Counted from the stretch's first letter, positions 36,268 to 46,713 are shown. The stretch: DNA of 61,604 nt from Treponemataceae bacterium (GCA_024685655.1 JAIKVO010000055.1:1-61604); one strand, 5' to 3'. Translations and numbers: made by a program. The notes: generated by a model from the sequence alone, not told the origin.

Positions 36268-38632
36268 AATGAACTTCGCCGTTTTCTGTGAAAGTCGTTG
36301 TTACTGTCTTTTCTGCAGCAACGAATGCTTTTCCGTGTACTCCGACTGTCTTATCTTTTACAGATATAACGCAATCAAAAAACGTATCAGCATCAATTTC
36401 CGCCGGTTTTACGAAAGCTGGATCAGCTCCTTCAAGCACAACCGGAGTACCCGGCTCTGCCCACGGACATTCAAGAACTTCGACTTTCTCTTTACCGTCG
36501 AGCATATAATCTGCTGCAAGAAGCATACCGCGGCTTTCAATGCCACGAAGTTTTCTTGCCTTAAGATTATCAGCTATGATGATATGCTTTCCAAGAAGCT
36601 CTACTTCTGTAAGATATGGAACAAGACCTGAGCAGATAACGCGTTCCTGTCCGGAACCGTCATCAACTTTCTCAACGTAGAGTTTCTCGGCATCGGGGTG
36701 TCTCTGAATCTCAACGATTTTCGCTACTTTTAGAGCGATTTTTTCATTGAAAACAGCAATCTGCTGCTCAGGAGAAAGCGGTTCTTTCTTAACTTCTTCC
36801 TTCTTCTCTTTTTTCTGAGGCTGCTGTTTCTGCTGGTTTTCGTTTTTTGTGTTTGATGCAGCAGCTTTATCAGCGTTTTTCTCTGAACGCTCTTTCTGGC
36901 TGCCTGAATACTGCTCTCGGTACGCTTTAATCCGTGCATCATCTATCGGCTTGAAAATAATTTCAGTCTTAAGAACTTTATCGAGTCCTTCTGTTTTTCC
37001 AAGATCGTTCCAGCCAAGCCAGCCATCTTCAGACGGTTTACCGATTCTTCCCGTACAGCCAGCCTTACCGAAGAATTCAAGAACTCTTTCTGCGTAATGC
37101 GGCATATACGGATGAACCATTATCATAAGATCTTTTATGATATAACAAAGGTCGCGTATAAGAGCTGCGGCTTTTTCCGGCTCTGTATTGCGTGTCTTCC
37201 AAGGTTCACCATCCTGGAATGCTTTGTTCGCAATTGAAGAGATGTTGAAAATCTCGTGGAAAGCGTCTTTAAGCTCAGACCAGTCCAAAAGATCCGTTAC
37301 TTTCTTCTCACCTTCAAGAATCTGTGCCCACAATTCTTTATTCGGTGTTCCTTCTGGAATAACACCGTCATAATAGCGGCTGACGAATGTCGTCGTCCTG
37401 TTTACGAGGTTGCAAAGGTTTCCAACAAGCTCAGAGTTTACTTTTTCCTGGAAATCTTTCCACATAAACTGGAAGTCCGATTTTTCAGGTCTGTTGTAGA
37501 ACATATAGAAACGCCATACATCAGACGGAATGCCAGATTCGCGTGCATCTGTTCCGAAAACACCGATTCCCTTTGACTTACTGAACTTTGTGTTCTCGTA
37601 ATTCATGTATTCCGTGCTTGACATGTGGTAAAGCTTTGTCCAGTCTTTACCGGAGCCAATCAATGTAGATGGGAAAATAACAGTGTGGAACGGAATGTTG
37701 TCTTTTCCGATGAACTGGAAAAGATCTACAGGAACTTTAGCCCTTTCTTCTGTTGATTCAGACGGCAGCCACCATGATTTCCAGTCGAATTTCTCTGGTG
37801 AATCAAGCTTTTCGAGCTTGTCTGCAAGAGCTTTTGTAATCGATATATATCCGATTGGAGCATCGAACCAAACGTAGAACACTTTGTCTTCGAAGCCTTC
37901 TTTTGGAACAGGAATACCCCATTTCAAATCACGCGTAATTGCTCGCTCGTGAAGTCCGTCGCGAATCCAAGCTTCTGTCATCTGAACAGCGTTCTTAGCC
38001 CACTGCCCCTTTTCTGAAGTCTCTTTCATCCACACGGCATATTCTTTCTGAATGCCTGGCAAATCAATGTAAAGATGCTTTGTCTGCTTCATAACAGGAG
38101 TAGCACCGCAAGTAGAACAGCGCGGATTTTTAAGCTCAACTGGCTCAAGAAGTTTTCCACAATGCTCGCACTGGTCTCCGCGTGCGTCTTCATAACCGCA
38201 ATGAGGGCATGTTCCGCGCACGTATCTGTCTGCAAGGAAACGCTCGCATTCAGGGCAGAAAAGCTGCTCTATCGTGTTTTCTTTTATAAATCCGCGCTCG
38301 TCAAGCATCTTAAAAAGCGACTGGACAATTTCTGTCTGTTGCGGAGTTGATGTTCTTCCGAAATAGTCAAAGTTTATTCCGAACCATTCATAAATATCCT
38401 TGTGGATGGCATGATAAAAATCACACAATTCTCTAGGTTTTTTATGCTCCTCAAGGGCTTTCGTTTCTGTGGCAGTTCCGTATTCGTCTGTACCGCAGAC
38501 ATAAAGCGTATCGTAACCACGGCTGCGGCAGAAACGGGCGAAAACATCAGCAGAAAGAACCTGAAGCAGGTTTCCTAAATGAGGAACGTTGTTTACATAA
38601 GGTAAAGCTGAGGTAATAAGTCTTCTATTCAT
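36266..38632 (-). CDS. metG: methionine--tRNA ligase with a C-terminal tRNA-binding domain
   Basis: VPHLGNLL (HIGH-type), KFSKSKG (KMSKS), and zinc knuckles CPECERF / CPHCGY / CEHCG / CSTCG. A Lys/Glu/Gln-rich linker precedes the C-terminal Trbp111-like domain. Confidence 0.97.
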   Translation of the reverse strand: MNRRLITSALPYVNNVPHLGNLLQVLSADVFARFCRSRGYDTLYVCGTDEYGTATETKALEEHKKPRELCDFYHAIHKDIYEWFGINFDYFGRTSTPQQTEIVQSLFKMLDERGFIKENTIEQLFCPECERFLADRYVRGTCPHCGYEDARGDQCEHCGKLLEPVELKNPRCSTCGATPVMKQTKHLYIDLPGIQKEYAVWMKETSEKGQWAKNAVQMTEAWIRDGLHERAITRDLKWGIPVPKEGFEDKVFYVWFDAPIGYISITKALADKLEKLDSPEKFDWKSWWLPSESTEERAKVPVDLFQFIGKDNIPFHTVIFPSTLIGSGKDWTKLYHMSSTEYMNYENTKFSKSKGIGVFGTDARESGIPSDVWRFYMFYNRPEKSDFQFMWKDFQEKVNSELVGNLCNLVNRTTTFVSRYYDGVIPEGTPNKELWAQILEGEKKVTDLLDWSELKDAFHEIFNISSIANKAFQDGEPWKTRNTEPEKAAALIRDLCYIIKDLMIMVHPYMPHYAERVLEFFGKAGCTGRIGKPSEDGWLGWNDLGKTEGLDKVLKTEIIFKPIDDARIKAYREQYSGSQKERSEKNADKAAASNTKNENQQKQQPQKKEKKEEVKKEPLSPEQQIAVFNEKIALKVAKIVEIQRHPDAEKLYVEKVDDGSGQERVICSGLVPYLTEVELLGKHIIIADNLKARKLRGIESRGMLLAADYMLDGKEKVEVLECPWAEPGTPVVLEGADPAFVKPAEIDADTFFDCVISVKDKTVGVHGKAFVAAEKTVTTTFTENGEVH

Positions 38633-38640
38633 AATAGAAT

Positions 38641-38669
38641 ATGATAATTACTTATTGCTTTCTGCGCAA
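38641..38669 (-). promoter_or_regulatory. candidate metG promoter close to the start codon
   Basis: TTGCGC (38669-38664), 17 nt, TATCAT (38646-38641), 8 nt (attctatt, no SD), then ATG at 38632. Confidence 0.4.
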
Positions 38670-38724
38670 GAGGTTGTTTAGCAATATATTGAGTCGATTA
38701 ATCTTGAAAATTCATTTTTCCAGT

Positions 38725-40593
38725 TTAGTTTCTTTTTTTTGAAGCCAGTGCTTTTTTTGAGGACTGCTTTATATTCAGAAAAAGAGTTTTCTCAGTTTCA
38801 TATCCGGCAGGAATTTCTAGCTTCCAAAAGAAAGTGAAACAAGTTGCATAGGGCGTTTTTTCATTTAAAACTGGTTGGATACAAATTCCGGCATTTTCAT
38901 TAGGCTCAAACGTAAACACTGTTGAAGTTTTTAAATCTGTAATCTGGCAACAGGATACATCGTGCTGATGTATAAAAATCTGATCAGCGCAAGAGGCAAT
39001 ATTCGTCTCTGAAGAAATTACTTCTATACATCGGTTTTTTATATCATAATCAATTAGAGCAAGGTTAGATTCAACTGCAAAAAGACATTTCAAATATTCA
39101 GAGCTCTTATTTCGGATTATATACTGTACTTGAATTGAATTGTCGGTAAAGATATATTTTTTTCTTAATTTAATAATCTGATGTTTTTTGCCGTAAGTCC
39201 CTTCGGCTTCAAGAACGAGTTCCTGCCTGATTCTTGAAAAAGACACTTCTTTATACGCAATTTCTGGGAACACAGTATTCACCAATTGTTTTCCGTTTTG
39301 ATACTGTTCGGAGAAAGAATTCTTATCAATAAGAAAATCTGTGAAAACTTTTTTAGGATAAAAGCCTTTATCACGTTCACAAATGATAGAATAATTTCTG
39401 TTATACGATTTAACATCAAGCTCGAAAACAGCACCACCCTCTGATGTCAGAAATGAATTATAGACTGGAGTCCGACAGATATACTCCATATTTCCGTCCA
39501 TATCAAGATCGAACGAAGTTAAAAGTGTTTCTTGTTTTGAGCCAGCTTCTTTTATCAGTTTTTCTGCAATAAGCAGGTGGTTATATGCCTGCTGTCTGAT
39601 TTTCTGCTGCTCTATAGAAGAAAGATTTTCGTTCCAATATGCGGAGCGTTCTTGTGCTTTCCAAAGTTCTTCCCTTGCTGCTTTTTTCCTGGCTTTGTCA
39701 CCACGGCACTGATTCACTTCATTTGAAATCTGGATCATCCTTGAATACAATCTGAAAGCTTCTGGATTCCGCGCTATAATTTCCTTTGCGGGACGCCCAT
39801 TCTTGCTGGAGCCAGATGGTATGAACGCTCTTGTATATATATTACAATTCTTGAAATACTGTGAAGTCGTACATAATGTAATATTACCTTTCGCAGATTC
39901 AACGAAACGTTCAAGCCATCCGTTTTTTATTATGAACGAAAGCTGGTCAGGCATGAACAAAGTACTAATTGTGGTAGCAGTTTTGTTTCCAGCAAGTTTA
40001 GAAAACACCGATATGTATTCTTCACATGAATCAGAAGCAGAAGGAACAATATTCTTGCATAGAGGAAGAATTTTTATAGTCTTTCCATATTCCTCAACGA
40101 TTATTGGCTTAGATGAAAACGCCTGACTCTGATATTCCTGGGACAATAGTGACACATCAAGCAAAGCATAATCCATACCACATGTGTACAAGCTTGTTAT
40201 AAGCGATGAATCCCATGCACTGCTCGTGAGCCAAGCCCCTCTAGGTTTTTTACCGAATAATTTGCGTATAGCAGTAGTAAGCATCTCAATCTGGCCAACT
40301 TTGTCCACAGGAAGAAGAAGCGGCAATATCGGATCGTAAAATCCACCACCAGTAATTTCGATTTGTTTGCGAGAAGATAGTTCGGATATCAGCTCTATCG
40401 CTTCTGGATGTTTTTTTTCAAGCCATTCCGCTTTTCTTCCAGAAATAGCGACCGTTAGATAGCAATCAGGGTGAGAATACAAAAATGACAGTATGTGCTT
40501 TAAATGATCTTGATATTGAGATTCCTCATCAGAATCATTTATGATTCCATCAGAATCTATTCTAAGGACGAAACAGACATTTATACTATCCAT
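38725..40593 (-). CDS. GH57-family (alpha-amylase / 4-alpha-glucanotransferase-like) protein with substituted catalytic motifs
   Basis: RKQIEIT resembles GH57 region II (GQLEIV). GAWLTSSAW resembles region III (WLTERV). ERSAYWNE resembles region V (CNDAYWH). The start is taken at MDSINV (40593); the ORF track allows 40614. Confidence 0.6.
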   Translation of the reverse strand: MDSINVCFVLRIDSDGIINDSDEESQYQDHLKHILSFLYSHPDCYLTVAISGRKAEWLEKKHPEAIELISELSSRKQIEITGGGFYDPILPLLLPVDKVGQIEMLTTAIRKLFGKKPRGAWLTSSAWDSSLITSLYTCGMDYALLDVSLLSQEYQSQAFSSKPIIVEEYGKTIKILPLCKNIVPSASDSCEEYISVFSKLAGNKTATTISTLFMPDQLSFIIKNGWLERFVESAKGNITLCTTSQYFKNCNIYTRAFIPSGSSKNGRPAKEIIARNPEAFRLYSRMIQISNEVNQCRGDKARKKAAREELWKAQERSAYWNENLSSIEQQKIRQQAYNHLLIAEKLIKEAGSKQETLLTSFDLDMDGNMEYICRTPVYNSFLTSEGGAVFELDVKSYNRNYSIICERDKGFYPKKVFTDFLIDKNSFSEQYQNGKQLVNTVFPEIAYKEVSFSRIRQELVLEAEGTYGKKHQIIKLRKKYIFTDNSIQVQYIIRNKSSEYLKCLFAVESNLALIDYDIKNRCIEVISSETNIASCADQIFIHQHDVSCCQITDLKTSTVFTFEPNENAGICIQPVLNEKTPYATCFTFFWKLEIPAGYETEKTLFLNIKQSSKKALASKKRN

Positions 40594-40698
40594 CAAGAAC
40601 CTTCCATAGTGCAACTTTGTAAAATTTCAAACTGAAAAATACTAAAACCCGTGAGATAATATAGGTTTCCGAACAGGTCTAATGATAAATCAGAATAT

Positions 40699-41325
40699 CT
40701 ATAATTTAAAGCCTTTGGCAAAAGGATTTGTGATTTTTTTAATACATTTTCTCGGACACTTTTTCGCCATCTCAAGAGTCAATGCATCATCTTTGTTGCA
40801 CATATCGCATGAAGTACATCCTACAGAACAATTATCACAGTTTTCACCTTTCGGCAAAGAACATTGTATAAAGTATTCTTTTTCCCGTGGAATTAGCTCT
40901 ATTATATTCTGCGGACAATGAGGGATGCATTCGCCACATCCGTTACATGACTCCATGACAACTGCCGTTCCGTTTTTTATAATTATCGCATGTTGCGGAC
41001 AAAATGTTACACATGTACCGTATCCTATACAACCCCATTTGCAAAATCTTTCTTTGCCATAAATCTCTGAGAAAAGACGGCAATCTGTCATTTCGCGATG
41101 TTCCAAAAGCTTCTCATTGTTGTTTCTGTCCGGAGAGCATTTTACGACCGCGCAAAAATCTGTCTCATTGTTATTTGTTACAGGTTCGATCAAATCATTA
41201 AGGAAGTCTTTTTCATCTTTTGAGAAAACCATTTCTGGATTGAAACGAAAATAAATAAATAAAAGGAAGCTAAGGCCACAAACAGCAAGTATAATCAATA
41301 TGCAGAATAAAAAAGCCAAAAACAT
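40699..41325 (-). CDS. rnfB: RnfB-like membrane-anchored polyferredoxin
   Basis: N-terminal TM helix, CKWGCIGYGTCVTFCP, CNGCGECIPHCP and an extra CDNCSVGCTSCDMC cluster. It is the last gene of the CDGEAB order. Confidence 0.65.
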   Translation of the reverse strand: MFLAFLFCILIILAVCGLSFLLFIYFRFNPEMVFSKDEKDFLNDLIEPVTNNNETDFCAVVKCSPDRNNNEKLLEHREMTDCRLFSEIYGKERFCKWGCIGYGTCVTFCPQHAIIIKNGTAVVMESCNGCGECIPHCPQNIIELIPREKEYFIQCSLPKGENCDNCSVGCTSCDMCNKDDALTLEMAKKCPRKCIKKITNPFAKGFKL

Positions 41326-41879
41326 CAGAACACCTCGACATTAAGCCACGAAACATTGACCGCCAATAATATGAATAGAATCGCGGCAATACAAATGAAA
41401 AGAATTGCGCCATCTTTGAAACTTGGATAAACCATTGAGTTTTTCATCTTCCATCTGATTGCGTATATAATAGGAAGCATACAGAAAAATGAAAGAATGC
41501 ATGCAAGTGAAATCAACAATGCATTACCGAACGTTATTCCTTCATTCATGGATAAAAGCAAGACACAATACGAAAAGTAAAAACCCGTGACATTCTTTTT
41601 AAGAAATCTTGCAGAAAACTCTGTAATTACTATCGATATAAGATAAATGATGAAAAAACAAAAGAAAGGATATAGCTCTGTCAGCTCGTTTGGTACAAGG
41701 ATATACGAAGTTATTGGCCAACATATACAAAGAGAGATTACTATTGTGATTATTTCTTTTGATAGGAAAAAAAGCGCATCCTGAGGCTTTTTTGAGAAAA
41801 CAAATATTTTGTTAAGACCGATTCCATACACGAATACAGCAGAGGATATAAAAAGATAGAAAAAAATTACGTTAAACAT
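41325..41879 (-). CDS. rnfA: RnfA-like membrane subunit (divergent)
   Basis: FSKKPQDA resembles VSKKLETA, ITEFSARFLKK resembles QFTEMVVRK, and FKDGAILFICIAA resembles FRGNAIALITAG. There is a 1-nt overlap with rnfB. Confidence 0.6.
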   Translation of the reverse strand: MFNVIFFYLFISSAVFVYGIGLNKIFVFSKKPQDALFFLSKEIITIVISLCICWPITSYILVPNELTELYPFFCFFIIYLISIVITEFSARFLKKNVTGFYFSYCVLLLSMNEGITFGNALLISLACILSFFCMLPIIYAIRWKMKNSMVYPSFKDGAILFICIAAILFILLAVNVSWLNVEVF

Positions 41880-41882
41880 ACG

Positions 41883-42485
41883 CTAATCCTTTCTCCTTGC
41901 AATCTCAATCTTTCTGTTAATAAAAAAGAACAAAGCGACGAACAATCCAGTAAGTATTAAGGCACCTGATATAGTCGAGAAAAAGAATGATAGAGTGTCG
42001 GCTTTTACGAACGGATATTTATATATATGTATTCCATCTCTAAAAGGTAGAGAAAAAGAACCATACGCAAGAAATTCTCTTATTATGGCTATAACACCAG
42101 CTATTCCAGAAATAATCCCCGAATTCCGCATATTGACAGCAAAAAGATTCGAATTGTAGTTTTCTTTTGGCTCAAGAATATGACCTGTAAGGAAAGAAGA
42201 AACTGGCGCGAGATAAATGACAAAACCTATTGTAAAAGCGATTATAGGTGAATAAAGAATTATAAACTGTTTAAACAGGATTGTCATAGAAATCATAAAA
42301 ACGACAAGCAGCATTGGCTCTAAATTCTGAAGGTCAAGTTTCCCTATGAACATTTTAAGTGCCGTTCCAGAAAGCATGACAAAATTCACAGTCAACAAAA
42401 TGATTAATGTATATGCAAACCTTGATGGCAACGGCACGATAAAAGTAAGAATTGCAGTCGTGAACATAAAAATCGATTTTTTCAT
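41883..42485 (-). CDS. rnfE: RnfE-like membrane subunit (divergent, contains no cysteine)
   Basis: Assigned by size, position and AIIREFLAYGSF, which resembles SLREIIGNGTL. The start is taken at MKKSIF (42485), after the SD AAGGAA; the ORF track allows 42530. Confidence 0.55.
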   Translation of the reverse strand: MKKSIFMFTTAILTFIVPLPSRFAYTLIILLTVNFVMLSGTALKMFIGKLDLQNLEPMLLVVFMISMTILFKQFIILYSPIIAFTIGFVIYLAPVSSFLTGHILEPKENYNSNLFAVNMRNSGIISGIAGVIAIIREFLAYGSFSLPFRDGIHIYKYPFVKADTLSFFFSTISGALILTGLFVALFFFINRKIEIARRKD

Positions 42486-42489
42486 TTTC

Positions 42490-42960
42490 TTAATTTCCTT
42501 TGGAAATAAGTAACGGTATTTGTTTTGCACAATAATTCAGCTGAGTTTCGGATGCATTGTAATCCAAACCGCCATCTTCTGATAAAAAGTGTGTATTTGC
42601 AGCATATCCTGCAAAAGAACCAACCTCATCACCATCAAAATACGTAAACACAGCCACTGTAGGACCAGATATTCCTGTAAGCCTTATGAGGACAGCATTT
42701 CCGTTTACGCCAGTTTCAGAATTTACGATTGAAAAAATAGCCGCAGAAACTGTAGCCGGTGTTTTTATCGGAACATAATCCCCTACTTCATACAATGTGT
42801 CATATTTTGACGTTAATACAGTAACCACGCTTTCACGTAATTTTGTTTTCCATGTATTTCTTGAAATAATTGTGAATATCGCAAGAAGGAAAAAAATGGT
42901 AAGTACAATTACTGTAAATGCGCCATATCTATGTATTAGAAGCTTTGTTTCTGCATTCAT
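42490..42960 (-). CDS. rnfG: RnfG-like subunit (short, divergent)
   Basis: N-terminal TM anchor. GISGPTVAVFTY resembles the GYSG...V stretch of FMN_bind domains. It occupies the position between the D and E subunits. Confidence 0.45.
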   Translation of the reverse strand: MNAETKLLIHRYGAFTVIVLTIFFLLAIFTIISRNTWKTKLRESVVTVLTSKYDTLYEVGDYVPIKTPATVSAAIFSIVNSETGVNGNAVLIRLTGISGPTVAVFTYFDGDEVGSFAGYAANTHFLSEDGGLDYNASETQLNYCAKQIPLLISKGN

Positions 42961-44000
42961 TTTTGTAACTCCTGTTTTTTAACGAAGAAAGTCATGTAAA
43001 ACCAATCTTCGATAAGCTGGATAAGTGGCGAAATTACATTCACAACTAAAACTACAAACATGGAACCGATATGTCCTGTTCCGCATCCGTTAATAAAAAA
43101 TGATATTATTCCAGCACCTGCAGCATACACAATCTTGCCGGGAATACTTGTTGGAACAGTACCAGCCCATGGCAGCATAAAAAATGCGCATATCAATGTA
43201 CCGCTTGTACATAATGCAAGCAGAATATCTCCGGCATTGAATATGTGTCCGAACGGAACAAGACCGAAAAGCCTGACACAAATCGCATAAACTGCAAGAA
43301 AGACCGTAGGAATAATCCAGTCTATCATATCAAATGAGATAAGTATAATTGTCGCAAAGAGAGTGAGCAAATTGAACCGGAATCCGGCAATTACACTTCC
43401 ATTATCCCAGATCAGCGATATATATCCTTCTGGCAATACAAGCCCTGTAAATTTGAAGACGTATTTATTCAAAAACAAAGTTATTGCTTTATCTGCAGGA
43501 AGAACAGAAAATGTTCCGTCACTTACAAGATTAGAGAAAGCATTCTCAGCTTTAAGATAATCGCGGGAAACAAGAAACCCCGGAAAAGAACTACTGTTAA
43601 GCAAGAAAAGGACTATAACTGAAAGCATTGCCGGATTAATCCATGAGAATGCGAATCCGCCAGAAATATACTTAGAAAGCAAAAGAACAACAGGAACTAC
43701 AAAAAACACAGCAACAGGCGGATAATCCTGAGGAATAAACATACCGATGAACAAACCTTGAAGAAGAACGATAAAATCAAGCTTGAATTTTGTATGCTTA
43801 AGGCATGTGTTAATTAAATCAGCAACTACTGAAGCAAGAATAGAAACAAGAATTATTACGAGCGAGTTGTAGCTTTTCGTCAAAAAAAGCATGACAATCT
43901 GCGGAATAAAAAGCAACAGTGACATTTTCGCGCCATCTTTTACTGATGGTTTAGTATTATAGAATGGTGTAAGCGTCAAAAACTGATATTTTTTTTTCAT
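42957..44000 (-). CDS. rnfD: RnfD-like polytopic membrane subunit (divergent)
   Basis: NqrB/RnfD-like polytopic profile with SGGFAFSWINPAM. The start is taken at MKKKYQF (44000), giving an ATGA overlap with the rnfC stop; the ORF track allows 44087. Confidence 0.6.
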   Translation of the reverse strand: MKKKYQFLTLTPFYNTKPSVKDGAKMSLLLFIPQIVMLFLTKSYNSLVIILVSILASVVADLINTCLKHTKFKLDFIVLLQGLFIGMFIPQDYPPVAVFFVVPVVLLLSKYISGGFAFSWINPAMLSVIVLFLLNSSSFPGFLVSRDYLKAENAFSNLVSDGTFSVLPADKAITLFLNKYVFKFTGLVLPEGYISLIWDNGSVIAGFRFNLLTLFATIILISFDMIDWIIPTVFLAVYAICVRLFGLVPFGHIFNAGDILLALCTSGTLICAFFMLPWAGTVPTSIPGKIVYAAGAGIISFFINGCGTGHIGSMFVVLVVNVISPLIQLIEDWFYMTFFVKKQELQK

Positions 44001-45259
44001 TTCAAGTTTCCTCTGACTATAGCAATTGACTGAAAAAGCGGAAGCCTGGCTGGACAACTTGTGTTGCATAGACCGCATTGTGTGCATAAAAGCGATGTTT
44101 TCAAGAACGGTTCAGGAAGTTCCGTATGATAATAGTAATAATCAAAAAAAGCGTCTGGATGCAGTTTTACAGGACAAGCCCTATGACAATTTCCGCAATG
44201 AATACAATGAGTCTGCTCTTGGTCTGGAACAGATTTTTTTGAAAGTATCGTTATAGATTTGACAATACTTGTGACAGGAGTGTCGGGGTCGCGTATTGCA
44301 GTTCCCTTAATCAGACCGTTAATTATTATTTTATAAGGTTTTTTCTTGAAACCATCGCACTGCTCAACAAGTTTCCTTATAGGTGTTCCGATACGTACTT
44401 TGAACATTATATTCTTTTTTAATGATGTTCCCGAAACTTGAACGAAACGCTCCAGGAGGGGTTTTTGCAAAACTACGGCTTCGTACGCAGCAAAGGCAGT
44501 GGAACTGTCTATAGCTATAGAAGTCTTGTATTCATATTTATTATTTTCGAGCAGAATATCTATCTCGCGCTTTCCGCACATTAGTTGTTTTGATTCAGGA
44601 ACTACGATGAATACCATTTTATCATGCGGAATCTGCGCTGGGATTTTTATGGATTTATCATGAAATATAAAAATCTTCTCTGCGGACATTGCTTTAGCAA
44701 TAACTTCCACACCTTCAAGAATTTCCTGAGTTTTTTTAACAGTTATAAAACTGTCTGTACATATGCTTGGATCTGCATCAAAAAGACGTACCGAAAGAGC
44801 TGGCCTGGAATTGTAATCATTATTAAGTTCCAGTATTTCTCTTGCTAACGATTGCGGTGTATCAAATGTGTTTATTACGCCATTTTCTGCCAAAATCGAG
44901 CATAAATCAACGGAAGACAAACTATCCCAACTACGGCTTCTGAGTTTTTTCCCTTTGAAGGTGAACTCGCCTTCAAGTTTTATTACTGCCACTTCAGAAA
45001 GCTTGCCATCTGGCATTGGAAGCGTCTTATACTCTGTTAATACTCCAGGTACTGGTGCATGAACAGAGGCACTGTATGCATCGAACTTTCCCAGAACTTG
45101 TCCTTCTGTTACTCGTGAATTCACAGCCGTTTTTTGAACGCTCAAATTTCCTTCCGCATCTTTCAGAGGCACAAAATCATACAATGGCATGTATGCATCA
45201 ACGGCTTCTGAAAATGATGTATCTGGAATTATTATTTTTTTCTTTATTGTTATACTCAT
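43997..45259 (-). CDS. rnfC: RnfC-like subunit with two 4Fe-4S motifs but no glycine-rich nucleotide motif
   Basis: N-terminal barrel with VHAPVPGVL, and C-terminal CIHCGNCHRACP and CTQCGLCNTSCP. It is the first gene of the CDGEAB order. Confidence 0.65.
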   Translation of the reverse strand: MSITIKKKIIIPDTSFSEAVDAYMPLYDFVPLKDAEGNLSVQKTAVNSRVTEGQVLGKFDAYSASVHAPVPGVLTEYKTLPMPDGKLSEVAVIKLEGEFTFKGKKLRSRSWDSLSSVDLCSILAENGVINTFDTPQSLAREILELNNDYNSRPALSVRLFDADPSICTDSFITVKKTQEILEGVEVIAKAMSAEKIFIFHDKSIKIPAQIPHDKMVFIVVPESKQLMCGKREIDILLENNKYEYKTSIAIDSSTAFAAYEAVVLQKPLLERFVQVSGTSLKKNIMFKVRIGTPIRKLVEQCDGFKKKPYKIIINGLIKGTAIRDPDTPVTSIVKSITILSKKSVPDQEQTHCIHCGNCHRACPVKLHPDAFFDYYYYHTELPEPFLKTSLLCTQCGLCNTSCPARLPLFQSIAIVRGNLK

Positions 45260-46713
45260 TTTTTGCAGCCTTTTATCAATTTAAGTATCAATAATATCAC
45301 AAACAGCACGAAAAGTGAAATTATCGCCAGGACAGATGTGATATCATGCGATGTATCACCCGCTTTGATATATTTTGTAGTAAAAAGCTTTCCATGCGAT
45401 GACAGGAAACGTTCCGCCCCACCATTCTGATAGAATGCTTCCGATATCCTATCCAAAAAATCATCGTCGAAAGTCTCGATAATTTTCTGTGAAGCATGAA
45501 TGCCTTCAGCATCTTCCGTAAACATAGGAATCGAAATAGTATCTCCAGGTTCTATTTCATAATACGAAGACTCATCCGTAAGACGTACATACGGAGAGCG
45601 GGTATTAAGCCAATATTCGTCAATGAAATCCCCCATATCAGGTGAATTTGACACATCAGAATCCGTATTAATATCCTGCTCTATTGTCCGAAGCTTCTTC
45701 AATTCTGAATACGAGGAAACATTTATTCCCTGAGTCTCAGTATACTCCGAAGGAGCTGGCAGATACAAGCCGTTTTTTTCCACACTCTTAATTACACCTG
45801 ATGAAATAAAAAAGAATACGGTCATTACAACTGCAGCGACAGCGAGCGATGAAACAGCGAAAATCGTAACTCGTCTATAAGGCTGAATGTTTCTTGACGT
45901 TAATATCGGCACATATCTGAAATGACAGTTGGAAATAGAAAGCAATTCTATATTTTTTATTGAAACCCACAATGAAATACAAGAAGCGACAGATAGCAAG
46001 AAAAGAATTGTAAGATGCATTCCGTTCGTCGTAATTGAAAACATTGAGACTACAAAGCAAATTATTATTGCAGGGTTCAGCAATGCCTTTGAAATACCAT
46101 GTTTCCTACCAGAATATTGTTCTGCGGTATATAATGCGAATAAAACACAAATGGCCCCAGTCGCAGAGCTATAGAGCGGACACCATAAAGAAAACAGCAC
46201 AAGAGGAACGGCACAGACTGTATGAATAAAAGGAATCCGCCCAAAAATCATCAAAAGAACCAAAACAGAAAAACAAAGTATCGGATACAGATATGGGTAT
46301 TGTGCAACAGAATCTGTGCCAAACGACAAAGAATTCTTTTTAAGCCGATTTATAACATCCGTTGCAATATCATCTGGAACGTATATTATTTTGTACTCGC
46401 CAGATTTGTCATAAAAGAAAAAATCACGTATTTCCTTCATAGAGAAGTTTCTTTTCTCAATTGGCTCGCTTCCTGAATTGATCAAGCTCTTCCATACATG
46501 ATGATAATCAGCATTTCCGAACACTATAAGATCCAGAAGGTCCTCATCATTGATTGATGAGCGAATCTCGTCATCAGAGCATTGCGACGGAAAGTAGATT
46601 ACTTTGTACTGTTCCCATATACGCATTGACGGCTGAACTCGGAAAAGGAAAACTATCATCATAAGGATTGAGGCGATTAACAGGAAAAGCAAACCTTTAA
46701 GGACGAATTTCAT
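45256..46713 (-). CDS. polytopic membrane protein of unknown function, translationally coupled to rnfC
   Basis: 485 aa. It has an N-terminal TM segment, a soluble segment, about 6 TM helices, a second soluble segment and a C-terminal TM segment. There is a 4-nt overlap with the rnfC start. Confidence 0.6.
   Translation of the reverse strand: MKFVLKGLLFLLIASILMMIVFLFRVQPSMRIWEQYKVIYFPSQCSDDEIRSSINDEDLLDLIVFGNADYHHVWKSLINSGSEPIEKRNFSMKEIRDFFFYDKSGEYKIIYVPDDIATDVINRLKKNSLSFGTDSVAQYPYLYPILCFSVLVLLMIFGRIPFIHTVCAVPLVLFSLWCPLYSSATGAICVLFALYTAEQYSGRKHGISKALLNPAIIICFVVSMFSITTNGMHLTILFLLSVASCISLWVSIKNIELLSISNCHFRYVPILTSRNIQPYRRVTIFAVSSLAVAAVVMTVFFFISSGVIKSVEKNGLYLPAPSEYTETQGINVSSYSELKKLRTIEQDINTDSDVSNSPDMGDFIDEYWLNTRSPYVRLTDESSYYEIEPGDTISIPMFTEDAEGIHASQKIIETFDDDFLDRISEAFYQNGGAERFLSSHGKLFTTKYIKAGDTSHDITSVLAIISLFVLFVILLILKLIKGCKK

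Noticed and set aside
36158-36631. 157-aa plus-strand ORF starting in the metG-femAB spacer.
   Set aside because: It runs through the tandem structured repeat and then antisense into the well-supported metG C-terminal domain. It is most likely spurious.
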